64,000 nt of DNA, taken from the IMG/VR virus record IMGVR_UViG_3300036766_002286; one strand, given 5' to 3'. The translations under genes were made by a program, and so were the position numbers. Shown here piece by piece: positions 30,517-40,974 of this stretch (position 1 is the first letter of the stretch; every line of letters starts with the position of its first letter). This stretch comes from a virus. Lineage: Duplodnaviria > Caudoviricetes. The notes beneath the pieces are model-generated. The model saw nothing but the letters and a program-made list of their open reading frames with translations. It had not been told where the DNA came from and did not search any database.

Positions 30517-31089
30517 ATGGATCAGGAAATTGAGAATATAACTACTTACACAACCAGGCAAGGCGTGGTTGTAGAGCTACAATATGATAACGAATCCCTC
30601 GATGCAGGTCCTCAGCTAGCCAATATGGATCTGGCTGGAGCGAACTTTAATAATACTGATTTACATTTTGCGGACTTGTCACATAGCAATATGGTAGGCT
30701 GCAACCTATCTAATGCTTATATAATGGGCGCCACACTTGTTGGTGTTAATTTGACTAATGCTAATCTAACTAACGCTGATTTAATAGACACTAATTTAAC
30801 CAATGCAATCCTTGAGGGCGCTAATCTAACCGACGCCACCATGTCTGAGAGTAATTTAAAAAACGCTAATTTAACTAAAGCCATCCTAATTAGAGCTAAC
30901 TTAACTGAAGCTAAACTTACTAATACTGTATGCATAGCTTCAGATTGCACTAATGCTAGCTTTGCTTACGCTAAACTTAAAAGAACCGACCTCACCAGAG
31001 CTAATTTAACGGGCGCCGATTTACAAGAAGCTCGTCTAATTGAGCCCATTTTTACTGACACCATTTTAAGTAATACTATATTTAACTAA
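30517..31089 (+). CDS. Pentapeptide repeat protein (close paralogue of 29925)
   Basis: Shared ANLTEAKLT, YAKLKRTD and ARLIEPIF. Confidence 0.9.
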   Translation: MDQEIENITTYTTRQGVVVELQYDNESLDAGPQLANMDLAGANFNNTDLHFADLSHSNMVGCNLSNAYIMGATLVGVNLTNANLTNADLIDTNLTNAILEGANLTDATMSESNLKNANLTKAILIRANLTEAKLTNTVCIASDCTNASFAYAKLKRTDLTRANLTGADLQEARLIEPIFTDTILSNTIFN

Positions 31090-31103
31090 CAGGAGAATAC
31101 ACC

Positions 31104-31568
31104 ATGGGTAGAAAAATCGAGTATACAGACGCCAAAGGGGTATCTCAAACTCTTGACTCAGAAAAATCCCACGCTAACAAGGATTTGACCAAAGCATCAT
31201 TAGCTAGTGCGAATTTAGTTAAATTGGATCTTATTGGAGCTACTCTATCCAGGGCCAATCTATCTAAAGCTCTCCTATTTGGTTCCAACTTGTCTTATGC
31301 TACTCTTATCGCAACAGACCTCTCGAACGCCAATTTATCCGGCCCCTCAAAAAAGGGAGCATTGCTGATTAAGGCCAATCTTAATGAAGCTAATCTAGAG
31401 AACGCTAAATGCGCCGGTTGTGACTTCACTGATGCTGACTTGTCTTATGCTAATCTTAATGGCGCCGATTTTTCCCAAACAAACCTCACTAATGCCAATC
31501 TAGCCGGCGCCAGGTTGCATGAAACTGTTTTCACAGATGCCATATTAACTAACGTCAAATACAGCTAG
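31104..31568 (+). CDS. Pentapeptide repeat protein
   Basis: IEYTDAKG N-cap; GPSKKGA loop. Confidence 0.9.
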   Translation: MGRKIEYTDAKGVSQTLDSEKSHANKDLTKASLASANLVKLDLIGATLSRANLSKALLFGSNLSYATLIATDLSNANLSGPSKKGALLIKANLNEANLENAKCAGCDFTDADLSYANLNGADFSQTNLTNANLAGARLHETVFTDAILTNVKYS

Positions 31569-31589
31569 ACCCCAGCCTAGAAGAACACT

Positions 31590-31808
31590 ATGAACGATAG
31601 TTTACAACCAAAATTAAGCTCAGTGCAACTAGCAAAAGCCCATGCCCTTTTTGATACGTTGTGGATGACAGTAAATGATACTACACTTTGGAATAATGGC
31701 CTCCCAGTCGGTATGACAGCCGAAAGCTTAGATGTGCTCATATCTCAAACCAAAGACACTCTCAACGAGCTGCTACTACTTAAAACAGAAGTCCACACCA
31801 ACCAATAA
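31590..31808 (+). CDS. Small hypothetical protein
   Basis: 72-aa ORF within the operon. Confidence 0.55.
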   Translation: MNDSLQPKLSSVQLAKAHALFDTLWMTVNDTTLWNNGLPVGMTAESLDVLISQTKDTLNELLLLKTEVHTNQ

Positions 31809-31823
31809 CAACGGAGAACCACA

Positions 31824-31949
31824 ATGACTGCTCATCATATCTTCCCCGAAGCTGTATTTGTAGACGCGCGTGACGGCGAGCTTGTCATTCACACTTGTTT
31901 CACTCGCTTCACCCAGTTTACCGGTAGTAGTGGACTTGATCCGCTGTGA
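31824..31949 (+). CDS. Small hypothetical protein (41 aa)
   Basis: GGAG RBS; GTGA overlap with next ORF. Confidence 0.4.
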   Translation: MTAHHIFPEAVFVDARDGELVIHTCFTRFTQFTGSSGLDPL

Positions 31950-32146
31950 CTGTTTTACCTACCGACGCAATCACGCACTTAATTGATTGCTACGACTCAT
32001 CGCCGTGTTCCAATGCGGATGTGGAACAGAGCCGAATCCAGTTGCAGGCTCTAGTGGATGCAAACACGAAACTACAAGAACAGGTTAAAGAATTGGAAGA
32101 AGCAAATGCCTTCCATGTCAAAGTTAGAGAAAACTGGGGAGTGTGA
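31946..32146 (+). CDS. Small coiled-coil hypothetical protein
   Basis: Coupled ORF. Confidence 0.5.
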   Translation: MTVLPTDAITHLIDCYDSSPCSNADVEQSRIQLQALVDANTKLQEQVKELEEANAFHVKVRENWGV

Positions 32147-32147
32147 A

Positions 32148-32579
32148 ATGACTACTAGAACCACCAACCCGACCGGAAAGACCAACCTAGCAAACGCAAC
32201 TCTAGCCGGTGCTGATATAGCGAATGCTATTTTATCCAAGGTCTGTTTAGCGAATGTAAATTTAGCTAATGCACAGCTCTATGGCACAGATTTTTCATAT
32301 TCAGATTTATCCCATGCAGATTTTAGTGGCGCGTGCCTGTCGATTGGGTTTTCCGGTGGTATGTATTCTGATACTAGATTTGTAGGCTGTAATCTCATTG
32401 GAGCCGACCTGGCGCAGATGGATCTCAGTGGGGTAAATTTTACGAATGCTAATCTAACTAATGCGGATCTCAGCGGCGCCCACCTATGGAAAACGAACTT
32501 TACTAATGCCATTTTGACTAATGTTGTTCTATCTGAAGAACAAAAGAAAGGGTGTATTGGTCTTAGCGAGTCCATATAG
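32148..32579 (+). CDS. Pentapeptide repeat protein
   Basis: Repeats; C-cap VVLSEEQKKGCIGL. Confidence 0.88.
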   Translation: MTTRTTNPTGKTNLANATLAGADIANAILSKVCLANVNLANAQLYGTDFSYSDLSHADFSGACLSIGFSGGMYSDTRFVGCNLIGADLAQMDLSGVNFTNANLTNADLSGAHLWKTNFTNAILTNVVLSEEQKKGCIGLSESI

Positions 32580-32814
32580 TAAGAGCAATGCATAATAATA
32601 TAAAATATACTAAAGCACAACAGACTTTCACCATATAAACACAACCATTAATACATCACATTGTTGGCATACCATTTATGGTATATTTGTAACTAATGTC
32701 TTCGTTATGAATTCCCCTTTTATCATAATTTAAGCTTTTTATACAACCTTCTGGCGCATTTATAAAGGTCAGGCACAATATTACAAATGTCCCATACTAC
32801 ACACAGGTATTTTA

Positions 32815-34449
32815 ATGTATCCTTATAAAAAGCAATCTATTTTAAATCTTAAAGCTGTATACTATAAACTAGTCATTTTTATACTCAGTACCTTCATTAT
32901 TATTGGATCCTCTAGTCTTACAGCAGCAAGCGCCTCAGCAAGTTATAGTGGCCACGGCTACACTGCAGTCATTATCACTCGCGGTCGTCCTCAAGTTCGC
33001 ACCGTAGACGCTATTGGCGCTAATATTTTAGCCCATAAGGGATATAATGTAGCAAAAACTAAAATCTATACTCTCACAGATAACGAAATATCTCCTCCAA
33101 GTGAAAATGTCACACCAACCATTCCAGACGTCGCACCATCCGGCACCCTTGTTGCTGTTGTAGATACCGGCATTGATGACACTCATCCATGGCTTGCAAA
33201 TCGTGTAGTTTTAGGGCATTCTTTTGTTGAATATACGGATCCAGAAACTGAATGGCGTGACGAGTATGGACATGGCACACATATAGCCGGAATAATTCGC
33301 CAAGGCTACCCAGCAGTTCAGCTTATGTCCGTTAGAGTTATAAACGCATTTGGCTCTGGTACTGATGACGCTATCGCCGCTGGAATTCTTTGGGCTGTTG
33401 ATAATAATGCCAAGGTTATAAATTTAAGTCTTGGCAGTACTCAAGATTCTTATGCGATATCAAGTGCTATAACTTATGCCAAAGACCACGACATAGTGAT
33501 AGTGGCCGCAGCCGGCAATTCCGCTGAAGACGGTTCTCCAATTATGTATCCGGCTTCTGATATTAATGTACTCGCCGTAGCTGCCGTCGATGAGAATCAC
33601 GAGGTCACCTATTTCTCGAATCGAGGAACCTATGTAGATGTTGCAGCCCTAGGTTGGCAGGTTATTTCAGCTAAAATGGGCGGAGGTTTTATATCTGAAA
33701 GCGGTACTTCCATGGCCGCACCAAAAGTTGCAGCTTTAGCAGCTAATTTACGCGCACTTCACGGAACTTGGAGCGAAGCCACTGTTCGTGCCCATATCGA
33801 AGCTACAAGTACAGATCTAGCCCCCCCGGGTCCAGACTCTTCTTATGGTTTTGGAGAAATCAATTTCGTAACTGCACTAAGTACGACAGATCCTGTATCT
33901 GTCTTCGGTATGGTTCCAGCTCCAGATGAGTTATCTTTAAGTGTTGTTCCTTTTATAGGCGGAGTTACAGTCACACCATCCGTAGACGTATTAAATATGC
34001 AAATCACAGAAGCATCAACCGGCATCCCTCTTTATTCCTTAAGCTACCCTCTAGGCAGCAATGGTGATTATCGAGTGAGTTTGGCAGCTGCAACTGAGGT
34101 ACTAGTTTTCGGATCTGACCCTAGCGGCACTCCATATACCCCAGTTCGACTAATTCTCAACCCTCTTCAAGCCCGCCCGTTACGAATTACAGGAACGCTA
34201 TCAGGTTCAACGGTGAAAATACTAGCCACAGCTTATCCTACCAAAGACATCAAACGCATGGTTGTTTACATAATATATGCTTCAGGTCATTCTAAAGCAC
34301 TATCTTCTCAAAAACTCCAAAGTGTAGGTAAAACAACTATAATTATAAAAACTGTTAAAGACCAATATAAAAGCACCGGTTATCAAGCATGTCTTATCGA
34401 CTTTTCTGGACTACCCTTTAATTGCACAAAAATTATTCACACAAGGTAA
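32815..34449 (+). CDS. S8 subtilisin-like serine protease, secreted
   Basis: Catalytic triad motifs VVDTG, HGTH, GTSMA; AAAGN; signal peptide. Confidence 0.9.
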   Translation: MYPYKKQSILNLKAVYYKLVIFILSTFIIIGSSSLTAASASASYSGHGYTAVIITRGRPQVRTVDAIGANILAHKGYNVAKTKIYTLTDNEISPPSENVTPTIPDVAPSGTLVAVVDTGIDDTHPWLANRVVLGHSFVEYTDPETEWRDEYGHGTHIAGIIRQGYPAVQLMSVRVINAFGSGTDDAIAAGILWAVDNNAKVINLSLGSTQDSYAISSAITYAKDHDIVIVAAAGNSAEDGSPIMYPASDINVLAVAAVDENHEVTYFSNRGTYVDVAALGWQVISAKMGGGFISESGTSMAAPKVAALAANLRALHGTWSEATVRAHIEATSTDLAPPGPDSSYGFGEINFVTALSTTDPVSVFGMVPAPDELSLSVVPFIGGVTVTPSVDVLNMQITEASTGIPLYSLSYPLGSNGDYRVSLAAATEVLVFGSDPSGTPYTPVRLILNPLQARPLRITGTLSGSTVKILATAYPTKDIKRMVVYIIYASGHSKALSSQKLQSVGKTTIIIKTVKDQYKSTGYQACLIDFSGLPFNCTKIIHTR

Positions 34450-34615
34450 CTTTCAATAGCGTTATGTTTGACCCAATATTTATGCATCAAACACAAGCAC
34501 TCATACACGCTTTGGTTAGTTCTGCATCAACCTGTCCCACCTCCCAGCAATAAATCAGCGTCACTGCATTCAGATTCAAGCCCTTACGGTATGTTACTAG
34601 TCCTCTAGGAGATTT

Positions 34616-35218
34616 ATGCCGCCAACTAATTTATCACGTACTGAAGTACTAAAGAAAATAAGTAATCATGAAAGCTTGTCTGGTTATAATCTGTCTGGTA
34701 TAGACCTTAGTCAGCTTCAATTGCCTGTGGTGGATTTTTCTAGAAGTAATCTAACCGGAGCTTTATTTTCTATGACAAATTTTAAGCAAGCTAATTTCGA
34801 AGGCGCAAATCTTAGAAGATCCAATTTCAGTCACACCAGTCTAGAAAGCGCTAATTTTGCCCACGCTGATTTGTATGGTGCTGATTTTGACAAGGCATTT
34901 TTGAACGGGGCGAATCTTAATTATGCTAACCTTAAGGGTGCTAGCATGGACGACGTATCATGCGTGCGAGCAAATTTTAGTTTTGCTAATCTTAGAGGAG
35001 CGTATCTAGTCGGCGCCAACTGCGAAAAAGCTATTTTCATCAAAGCCGATCTAACTACAGCGATGCTCGACCATACTAATCTCACTAATGCCAATCTTTC
35101 TCAAGCTATACTAGAAATAACGAGCTCCGCCAAAACCATCTTCCGCAATACTCTCATGCCAGATAATATTCTATGCAACGGAGATATATCTAGTTATGAC
35201 TATAATCACTTGAAGTGA
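34616..35218 (+). CDS. Pentapeptide repeat protein
   Basis: LSRTEVL N-cap; LMPDN. Confidence 0.9.
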   Translation: MPPTNLSRTEVLKKISNHESLSGYNLSGIDLSQLQLPVVDFSRSNLTGALFSMTNFKQANFEGANLRRSNFSHTSLESANFAHADLYGADFDKAFLNGANLNYANLKGASMDDVSCVRANFSFANLRGAYLVGANCEKAIFIKADLTTAMLDHTNLTNANLSQAILEITSSAKTIFRNTLMPDNILCNGDISSYDYNHLK

Positions 35219-35273
35219 TAGTAGTACACTTTCGCACCTATAGTAAGGTACTCGACCCCCATCTAGGAGACTT

Positions 35274-35879
35274 ATGACCGCAGACAAACTTTCACGTCAC
35301 ACAGTTATAGAGAAACTAGACAACCATGACTGCCTAGCTGGCTATGATTTGACCGGTATTGACCTAAGCGAGCGCTGTATAGACTATGCAGATTTTTCCA
35401 ATTGCACTCTGACTGGAGCTTTATTTTCTATGACAACCTTTAAACATGTAGTTTTTAAAGGTGCAGATTTAACTAATATAAACTTCCGTGGAGCTGTTCT
35501 AGAAGCCGCAGATTTCAGTTTTTCTAAGTTAACATGCACAGATTTTCATGAAGCAAATCTAAACGGAGTTGATTTTAGCCACGCCCGTTTAGATTATGCC
35601 CGTATGGATTATGTAAAACTTAGATATAGTAATTTGAGTTATACTAACCTGACAGATACTAATCTAAAATATGCCGACTTATCACACGCAGTACTGGTTG
35701 GCGCCAATCTGGCAGATACTAATTTCTACAGAGCTAATCTAACAAGAGCTAATCTACGCGATGCACACATAACGCCTAATACAGTTTTTCATATGGTTGA
35801 TTTTACAGGCTGTATTATGCCCAATAATACCATATATAATCAAGCAGACTTCGGCGAGGACATAAATCTCTCTATGTAG
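35274..35879 (+). CDS. Pentapeptide repeat protein (paralogue of 34616)
   Basis: Shared LTGALFSMT; IMPNN. Confidence 0.9.
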   Translation: MTADKLSRHTVIEKLDNHDCLAGYDLTGIDLSERCIDYADFSNCTLTGALFSMTTFKHVVFKGADLTNINFRGAVLEAADFSFSKLTCTDFHEANLNGVDFSHARLDYARMDYVKLRYSNLSYTNLTDTNLKYADLSHAVLVGANLADTNFYRANLTRANLRDAHITPNTVFHMVDFTGCIMPNNTIYNQADFGEDINLSM

Positions 35880-35904
35880 AAGTCAGCCTCACGTATCTCA
35901 ATAT

Positions 35905-36447
35905 TTAGAACAAATGTTTTGTAGCAGCCGTAATTTCATCCACATCGCGCAAAGCGTCTCGCAGTTTATTAAAAGTATCATAACTTTCTCTAAATTTCGG
36001 ACCTAATGTGCCTTTCAGGCTACCAGGATCTAGGGTAAGCGCTTCCATTAATTCTTCCATGTTTATATTCTGTTCCTGATCAGCTCTAGCATTATTAAAG
36101 GCTTCGCTTGCCTTAGCTGCAATGGCTGTGTACCTGTTTATTTCTAACAAAGCTTCATCTGCTGTTCGAATAGTTTTACTTTTTTTCAAAATATCATGGT
36201 TCGTTAAAGGAAATAAATGTATAGTATTTGCTGTATGAATACTAAGAACATCTGCAGCGACCACTGCCGCTGTCATGTCTAATTCGGCCTGCTTTCTTTT
36301 TTCTTCCTCTAAGTCACTTCCCATTGACTTTATAAAAGCAAGTCTGCTAGCTATTGCTATACCACTGACTTTATTACACTCAGCAAGGAGTTCGTCAGTT
36401 TTTTTACTTGCTGCCTCTCTTTCTTTCTGTTTTTTAAACATACCCAT
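35905..36447 (-). CDS. Hypothetical protein, tandem paralogue A
   Basis: HLFP..ILK.SKTIRTA.EALL and DVDEIT.ATKHLF shared with 36533. Confidence 0.75.
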   Translation of the reverse strand: MGMFKKQKEREAASKKTDELLAECNKVSGIAIASRLAFIKSMGSDLEEEKRKQAELDMTAAVVAADVLSIHTANTIHLFPLTNHDILKKSKTIRTADEALLEINRYTAIAAKASEAFNNARADQEQNINMEELMEALTLDPGSLKGTLGPKFRESYDTFNKLRDALRDVDEITAATKHLF

Positions 36448-36532
36448 AATTGATGCTCCTCAGCTGTTTAATTTCTACAATCCTATATCATTATAGCAGT
36501 TTCATAATTTATGTCTTCTAGTAACCAAGTCT

Positions 36533-37051
36533 TTAAAATAAATGTTTGGTGGCTAATGTAATTTCATCCACGTCACACATAGCATAAAGAAATGCTGTTT
36601 TGTCTATTCTAAGTTTCTCAACTTTTTCCACAACTTCAGGCGAGTTTTCGTCTAAACCATCTCTTATCGCAGTCGTTACCGCCACCGCACTTGAAGTAGA
36701 TATTTCAGACAACTCGGCTGCGATTCTTAGATAGGAATTTATCGCGAGCAGGGCTTCCTCAGCTGTTCTAATAGTTTTACTTTCTTTCAAAATATTCAAA
36801 TTTTCTATAGGAAACAAATGTCTCGTTGCATCTACGTGCAGTGACAGAGCATCTACGGCCATACTATATATCTCCCAATTTCGCTCATATTCTATGGCTC
36901 TGGCATACTCGATGTCCGTTCCGACCGATTTTTCCCATTCTAGCTTACTTTTCCGTTCGAGTATAGAAGTGCTATCTATAACATCATTTAATCTCCAAAA
37001 CTCAAGGTCCGCCTCTCTTTTTTCTTTCGTCTTTTTAAATATATTCGCCAT
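36533..37051 (-). CDS. Hypothetical protein, tandem paralogue B
   Basis: Same shared motifs as 35905; GGAGG RBS. Confidence 0.75.
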   Translation of the reverse strand: MANIFKKTKEKREADLEFWRLNDVIDSTSILERKSKLEWEKSVGTDIEYARAIEYERNWEIYSMAVDALSLHVDATRHLFPIENLNILKESKTIRTAEEALLAINSYLRIAAELSEISTSSAVAVTTAIRDGLDENSPEVVEKVEKLRIDKTAFLYAMCDVDEITLATKHLF

Positions 37052-37225
37052 AAAATACCTCCAATTATGCTATAGCTAGGGCATTACTCTTTACTATTAA
37101 GGCGCTTGTTTTATAGCAAACAACTCTTGGTTGCTATTAAATATCTAATGTATCTATAAAACCGACTCGGCTTCCTTGCATGCAGTCTATTCTTCAGTAC
37201 AATTAAACATAACAAAGGAGCTCAA

Positions 37226-37636
37226 ATGAAAAAGGAAACTAAGAAAACCAAGAAAACTAAGTCTACTAAAGTATCCAAACCACACCCCCAAATTCGCTCA
37301 TCAGATGTTATATCCTATGAAGATTGTCTAGGTCTTCCTATGGATCTTGTACGCACCGATTCTCAAAAAGACAAAGATTTTGAAAGCGCAGACCTTTCAG
37401 ACCTAGATTTGTCAGACATCGATTTCAGAGGCGCAAAGTTTATGAATGCCAATCTATACAACTCAGATCTATCTGGTTGCGATTTCACCAAAGCTGATCT
37501 CAGATATGCAGATCTTAACTATACTAATTTGACTGGCGCAAATTTAACTAAAGCTAACTTGTCTTTTGCTGATTTAGAGAATATTACTTTAACTGGGGCT
37601 CTTCTAACCGGCGTAGTAGGGATGAATAAGCAATAA
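37226..37636 (+). CDS. Pentapeptide repeat protein with Lys-rich N-terminal tail
   Basis: [12 protein letters not shown] followed by repeats. Confidence 0.88.
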   Translation: MKKETKKTKKTKSTKVSKPHPQIRSSDVISYEDCLGLPMDLVRTDSQKDKDFESADLSDLDLSDIDFRGAKFMNANLYNSDLSGCDFTKADLRYADLNYTNLTGANLTKANLSFADLENITLTGALLTGVVGMNKQ

Positions 37637-37652
37637 ATTTAAATTCATGATC

Positions 37653-37682
37653 TTGACGTGCCACATCAAGCCTTTATAGTAT
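37653..37682 (+). promoter_or_regulatory. Putative promoter
   Basis: TTGACG-18nt-TAGTAT upstream of 37704. Confidence 0.5.
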
Positions 37683-37703
37683 CCCATATCCAAGGAGCAC
37701 TAA

Positions 37704-38441
37704 ATGGAACCAATAAACTACATCGACAAAAATGGTAATCAGGCAATTTTAGATCCGTCTACGTCCTGGAGAAATATAAATCTCAATGGTGCTGATTTTT
37801 CGAGAGCAGATTTGACCGCCGCAGATTTCACATACGGGGATCTTACTAGTGTAGATTTTTCTAAAGCAAAACTCACCTTCGCCATTTTTACTGAAAGCGA
37901 CCTAACTGGTGCAAATTTATATATGGCTGTTCTTACTAATGCACACATGTTCGGAGCCGATATGTCAAAAGCCAATCTTACGAATGCACTTCTAATAGGA
38001 GCTAATCTACACATGGCCACTCTCTCCCAGGCTGATTTGACTGACGCTAATCTAAGCACAGCAGATCTATCGCAAGCACAGTTGGTTCATGCTAATTTAA
38101 CCAATGCCTGTTTATCTAAAACAATCCTAAATAGGACCATTTTGTATTCAGCAAATCTGACAAACGCGAATTTAAGTTTTGCCGATTTCACTGACGCAGA
38201 ACTTAATTTAGCCAATCTCACGGGGGCAAACCTTAAAAAAACAAACTTTGAAGGAGCCGACCTCACCGGGGCAATCTTTGATGAAAACGCCCTAGTTGGG
38301 CTGAATTTAACAAACGCAACCATGCCTAACGGATCAAAGTATATCAGTGCCCTAACCTCAGAAACCGCTGCCGAAAAATATAATCGGGAAGCAGACGAAC
38401 TTTTAGCAACATTTGGTCTGTCTCCTAAAGATAATAAATGA
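37704..38441 (+). CDS. Pentapeptide repeat protein
   Basis: YIDKNG N-cap; ATMPNGS plus helical tail. Confidence 0.9.
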   Translation: MEPINYIDKNGNQAILDPSTSWRNINLNGADFSRADLTAADFTYGDLTSVDFSKAKLTFAIFTESDLTGANLYMAVLTNAHMFGADMSKANLTNALLIGANLHMATLSQADLTDANLSTADLSQAQLVHANLTNACLSKTILNRTILYSANLTNANLSFADFTDAELNLANLTGANLKKTNFEGADLTGAIFDENALVGLNLTNATMPNGSKYISALTSETAAEKYNREADELLATFGLSPKDNK

Positions 38442-38469
38442 AGTTATAGCTTTAGCCAACTAAGAAATG

Positions 38470-40035
38470 TTACAAACTGACCGCAGCAGTTAGCAAGTCA
38501 CCTAAATTTCCGCTCCAGTTTTCTCCAAGCGTACGAAAACACTCCCAATGCGCTATATTGCTCCCAAGCTGTTCTACTATCAACTCCCCAAGATTTGAAT
38601 TAATTGATTGTTTTTTGTCGTCTAGTAACCATATACTGCGTTCTATGAGATTCCATGGGAGCAGTTTTAACAGGTCATTGCTTAAAGGCGCTCCTATTAT
38701 ACTTGCATCACGGTATTCCCCGCTTACATTTTTACCTTTTAACTGCAATACATGATTATCAACCACTTCACTGACCATTTTTGCAAGTAACTTAGGTGCA
38801 ACGGTAGCGAACCTCCAACATGCTATAGGCATTGTATGATTAGCATCCCATAAACAGGAAATAATATATGCATCCCCTGTTTCAGCAACGCTGCGCACAA
38901 CAGCGTCTCGCCCCATACACCTATATGCTCTAGCTAGTAGTTGCTTGTCTGCTAGTAAGGTCTTATTTTTAAGTAAACCACTTAAAGTATCTTGTACAAA
39001 CCAGCTTTCTTGTGGAAAGCTGCGTCCCTCAATAGAAAATAGTAGTTTTTCTATTTGCTTTTTTGAGGCTTTACTAGCTTCTTTGTTTCGGGAAGAAAGC
39101 GTTAAAGACAGATTATAGTTAGGTATTATTGTAAGTAAACTATACAAGGCATCTGGCATATTCCCATAATGCGCGCTATTAATAAACAAATATTCTTGTG
39201 AGATTTTTACACTCAGCATATCAATAATCTCATCAGAACAGCCGTCTAGTTTAATAATATCTACTAACAAATTAACAATATTTCTAAAAGGGGAGTTGTA
39301 TGAATAGCTATCTACATTTTCACCAGATTCTGCTTTTAGACGTGCGCGATAAATCCATCCCATAATATAATCCACTAACTCAAACAATTCGCTAGGCGCA
39401 ACAGATCTTATATCTATTAACTCAACTACATCAAATATATTATTAGTATCAAGTAATTCCACAAATTCTAGCAAACGCTTATCTGCTTTATTTAAAGCCT
39501 CCACAATCCCCTTTTTCTCTTTCAAGGCTATTCGCGCACTACCGAATAAGATTAGACGCACGGCACTAGCGTCTTCTTTGTTAAGATGCTTTATACAAAC
39601 TGTAATAATATCAATGTCAGATATCTCGCTATTTAGGACAGCTGTTGCAAGTAACTTGGTAGGTTTGTCTTTCATTTGTCGTACTATTGCATCTAAAATA
39701 TTCGCGTCATTTCGACCTAGGTTAGCTAACTGAGCTAACACCGCCGAACGTTTCTCGGTAATTAGAAGCTCAAATTTATCAGGAACATCATGCCTCTGCA
39801 GGTAAGCAATTCTAATTTCGCCCTTGTTCATCGCTCTAGCTTGCTGTAAGCATGTTTCTGGTAGATGGGGCGCTTGTAACATCTTAACTAAAGTAGTTGT
39901 ATCATGCACGGAGCTAGCCATATACCACACTTTTTCAGCCACAGTACAACTATTCTCATTTAGAATATTGCCACTCGCAGCTATAAAAAGTGCTTCTAGC
40001 ACCCCTGTTTTGGTCATTTTTCTAGAGTGGTACAT
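38470..40035 (-). CDS. Large helical hypothetical protein, family member 1
   Basis: C-terminal LGS..WECF..L..NWSGNLGDLL shared with 43392 and 44982. Confidence 0.75.
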   Translation of the reverse strand: MYHSRKMTKTGVLEALFIAASGNILNENSCTVAEKVWYMASSVHDTTTLVKMLQAPHLPETCLQQARAMNKGEIRIAYLQRHDVPDKFELLITEKRSAVLAQLANLGRNDANILDAIVRQMKDKPTKLLATAVLNSEISDIDIITVCIKHLNKEDASAVRLILFGSARIALKEKKGIVEALNKADKRLLEFVELLDTNNIFDVVELIDIRSVAPSELFELVDYIMGWIYRARLKAESGENVDSYSYNSPFRNIVNLLVDIIKLDGCSDEIIDMLSVKISQEYLFINSAHYGNMPDALYSLLTIIPNYNLSLTLSSRNKEASKASKKQIEKLLFSIEGRSFPQESWFVQDTLSGLLKNKTLLADKQLLARAYRCMGRDAVVRSVAETGDAYIISCLWDANHTMPIACWRFATVAPKLLAKMVSEVVDNHVLQLKGKNVSGEYRDASIIGAPLSNDLLKLLPWNLIERSIWLLDDKKQSINSNLGELIVEQLGSNIAHWECFRTLGENWSGNLGDLLTAAVSL

Positions 40036-40188
40036 AAGTTCCTAACTATTTAATCGCCAATCGCTCTACTACTATTGTGCCGAGCTTCTTATATCCCAGC
40101 ATACAAGGTCAGCTTCCTTGGCTACTTTGAACAGCGCCAATAGTAATTTTAAGAAGGTCTATATGACTAGTGTCACAAGGAGTTCTTT

Positions 40189-40653
40189 ATGCAAAAAGAT
40201 ATTGAATATACTACAAAAGCAGGCAGAGTAATTAAGTGTAATTGGCGCGATTCTTTTGAAGGTAAAGATTTAAGTGGTATTACTATAGCCCCAGGTACTG
40301 ATTTAAGTGGTATCTATGCCCCCAATATCAAGCTATCTCAAGCTACTCTAGCCGGTTGTAATTTTCGGGGAGCAGTCTTAATCGGCGCCAGTTTTAATGA
40401 CGCAAATCTTAAAGATACAAATCTTAAAGATGCAAATCTTGCACAAGCCAATCTTCGCGCAGCCGACCTTAGAGGAGCTGATTTACGACACGCCAAGCTG
40501 CGGGACGCAGATCTTTGCGCAGCTCAACTAGCGGGCGCCTGTTTAACCGGCGCCGATCTGTCAGAAGCAAATCTAGCCAATGCCCACGGATTGACATCAA
40601 GTGTTCTTGGCGCTATTCTAAAGGATTTATTCTTCTTTACAAAACGCCACTAA
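40189..40653 (+). CDS. Pentapeptide repeat protein
   Basis: IEYTTKAG N-cap; repeats. Confidence 0.88.
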   Translation: MQKDIEYTTKAGRVIKCNWRDSFEGKDLSGITIAPGTDLSGIYAPNIKLSQATLAGCNFRGAVLIGASFNDANLKDTNLKDANLAQANLRAADLRGADLRHAKLRDADLCAAQLAGACLTGADLSEANLANAHGLTSSVLGAILKDLFFFTKRH

Positions 40654-40782
40654 AGCCGGAATTATAAGAATATAACAGCAATTTTATCCAACAGAATTTT
40701 ATACTCTAAAGCAAGGTTTGTGTCATACTTTTCCGCCCCAACAGTATCTTGTAGTATAAGTCTATTAAAGGAGACCTGTTTT

Positions 40783-40974
40783 ATGACATTTTTGAAATCT
40801 GGAGAGATGGTATGTGATCAGTGTCTGGAAGATGGCACAGTTACACCTACCCCTGTTGTTAGCGGCAATGGCGTCGCAACTTGTGAAAAACATCTACGCG
40901 CAGATATGACAGCTAAAGGATGGCTACTTCCAGACGGATCTCTACCTATAGACGAGCCCAAAGAGGGAGAATAG
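40783..40974 (+). CDS. Small Zn-finger-like protein
   Basis: CDQC..CEKH; AAGGAG RBS. Confidence 0.6.
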   Translation: MTFLKSGEMVCDQCLEDGTVTPTPVVSGNGVATCEKHLRADMTAKGWLLPDGSLPIDEPKEGE

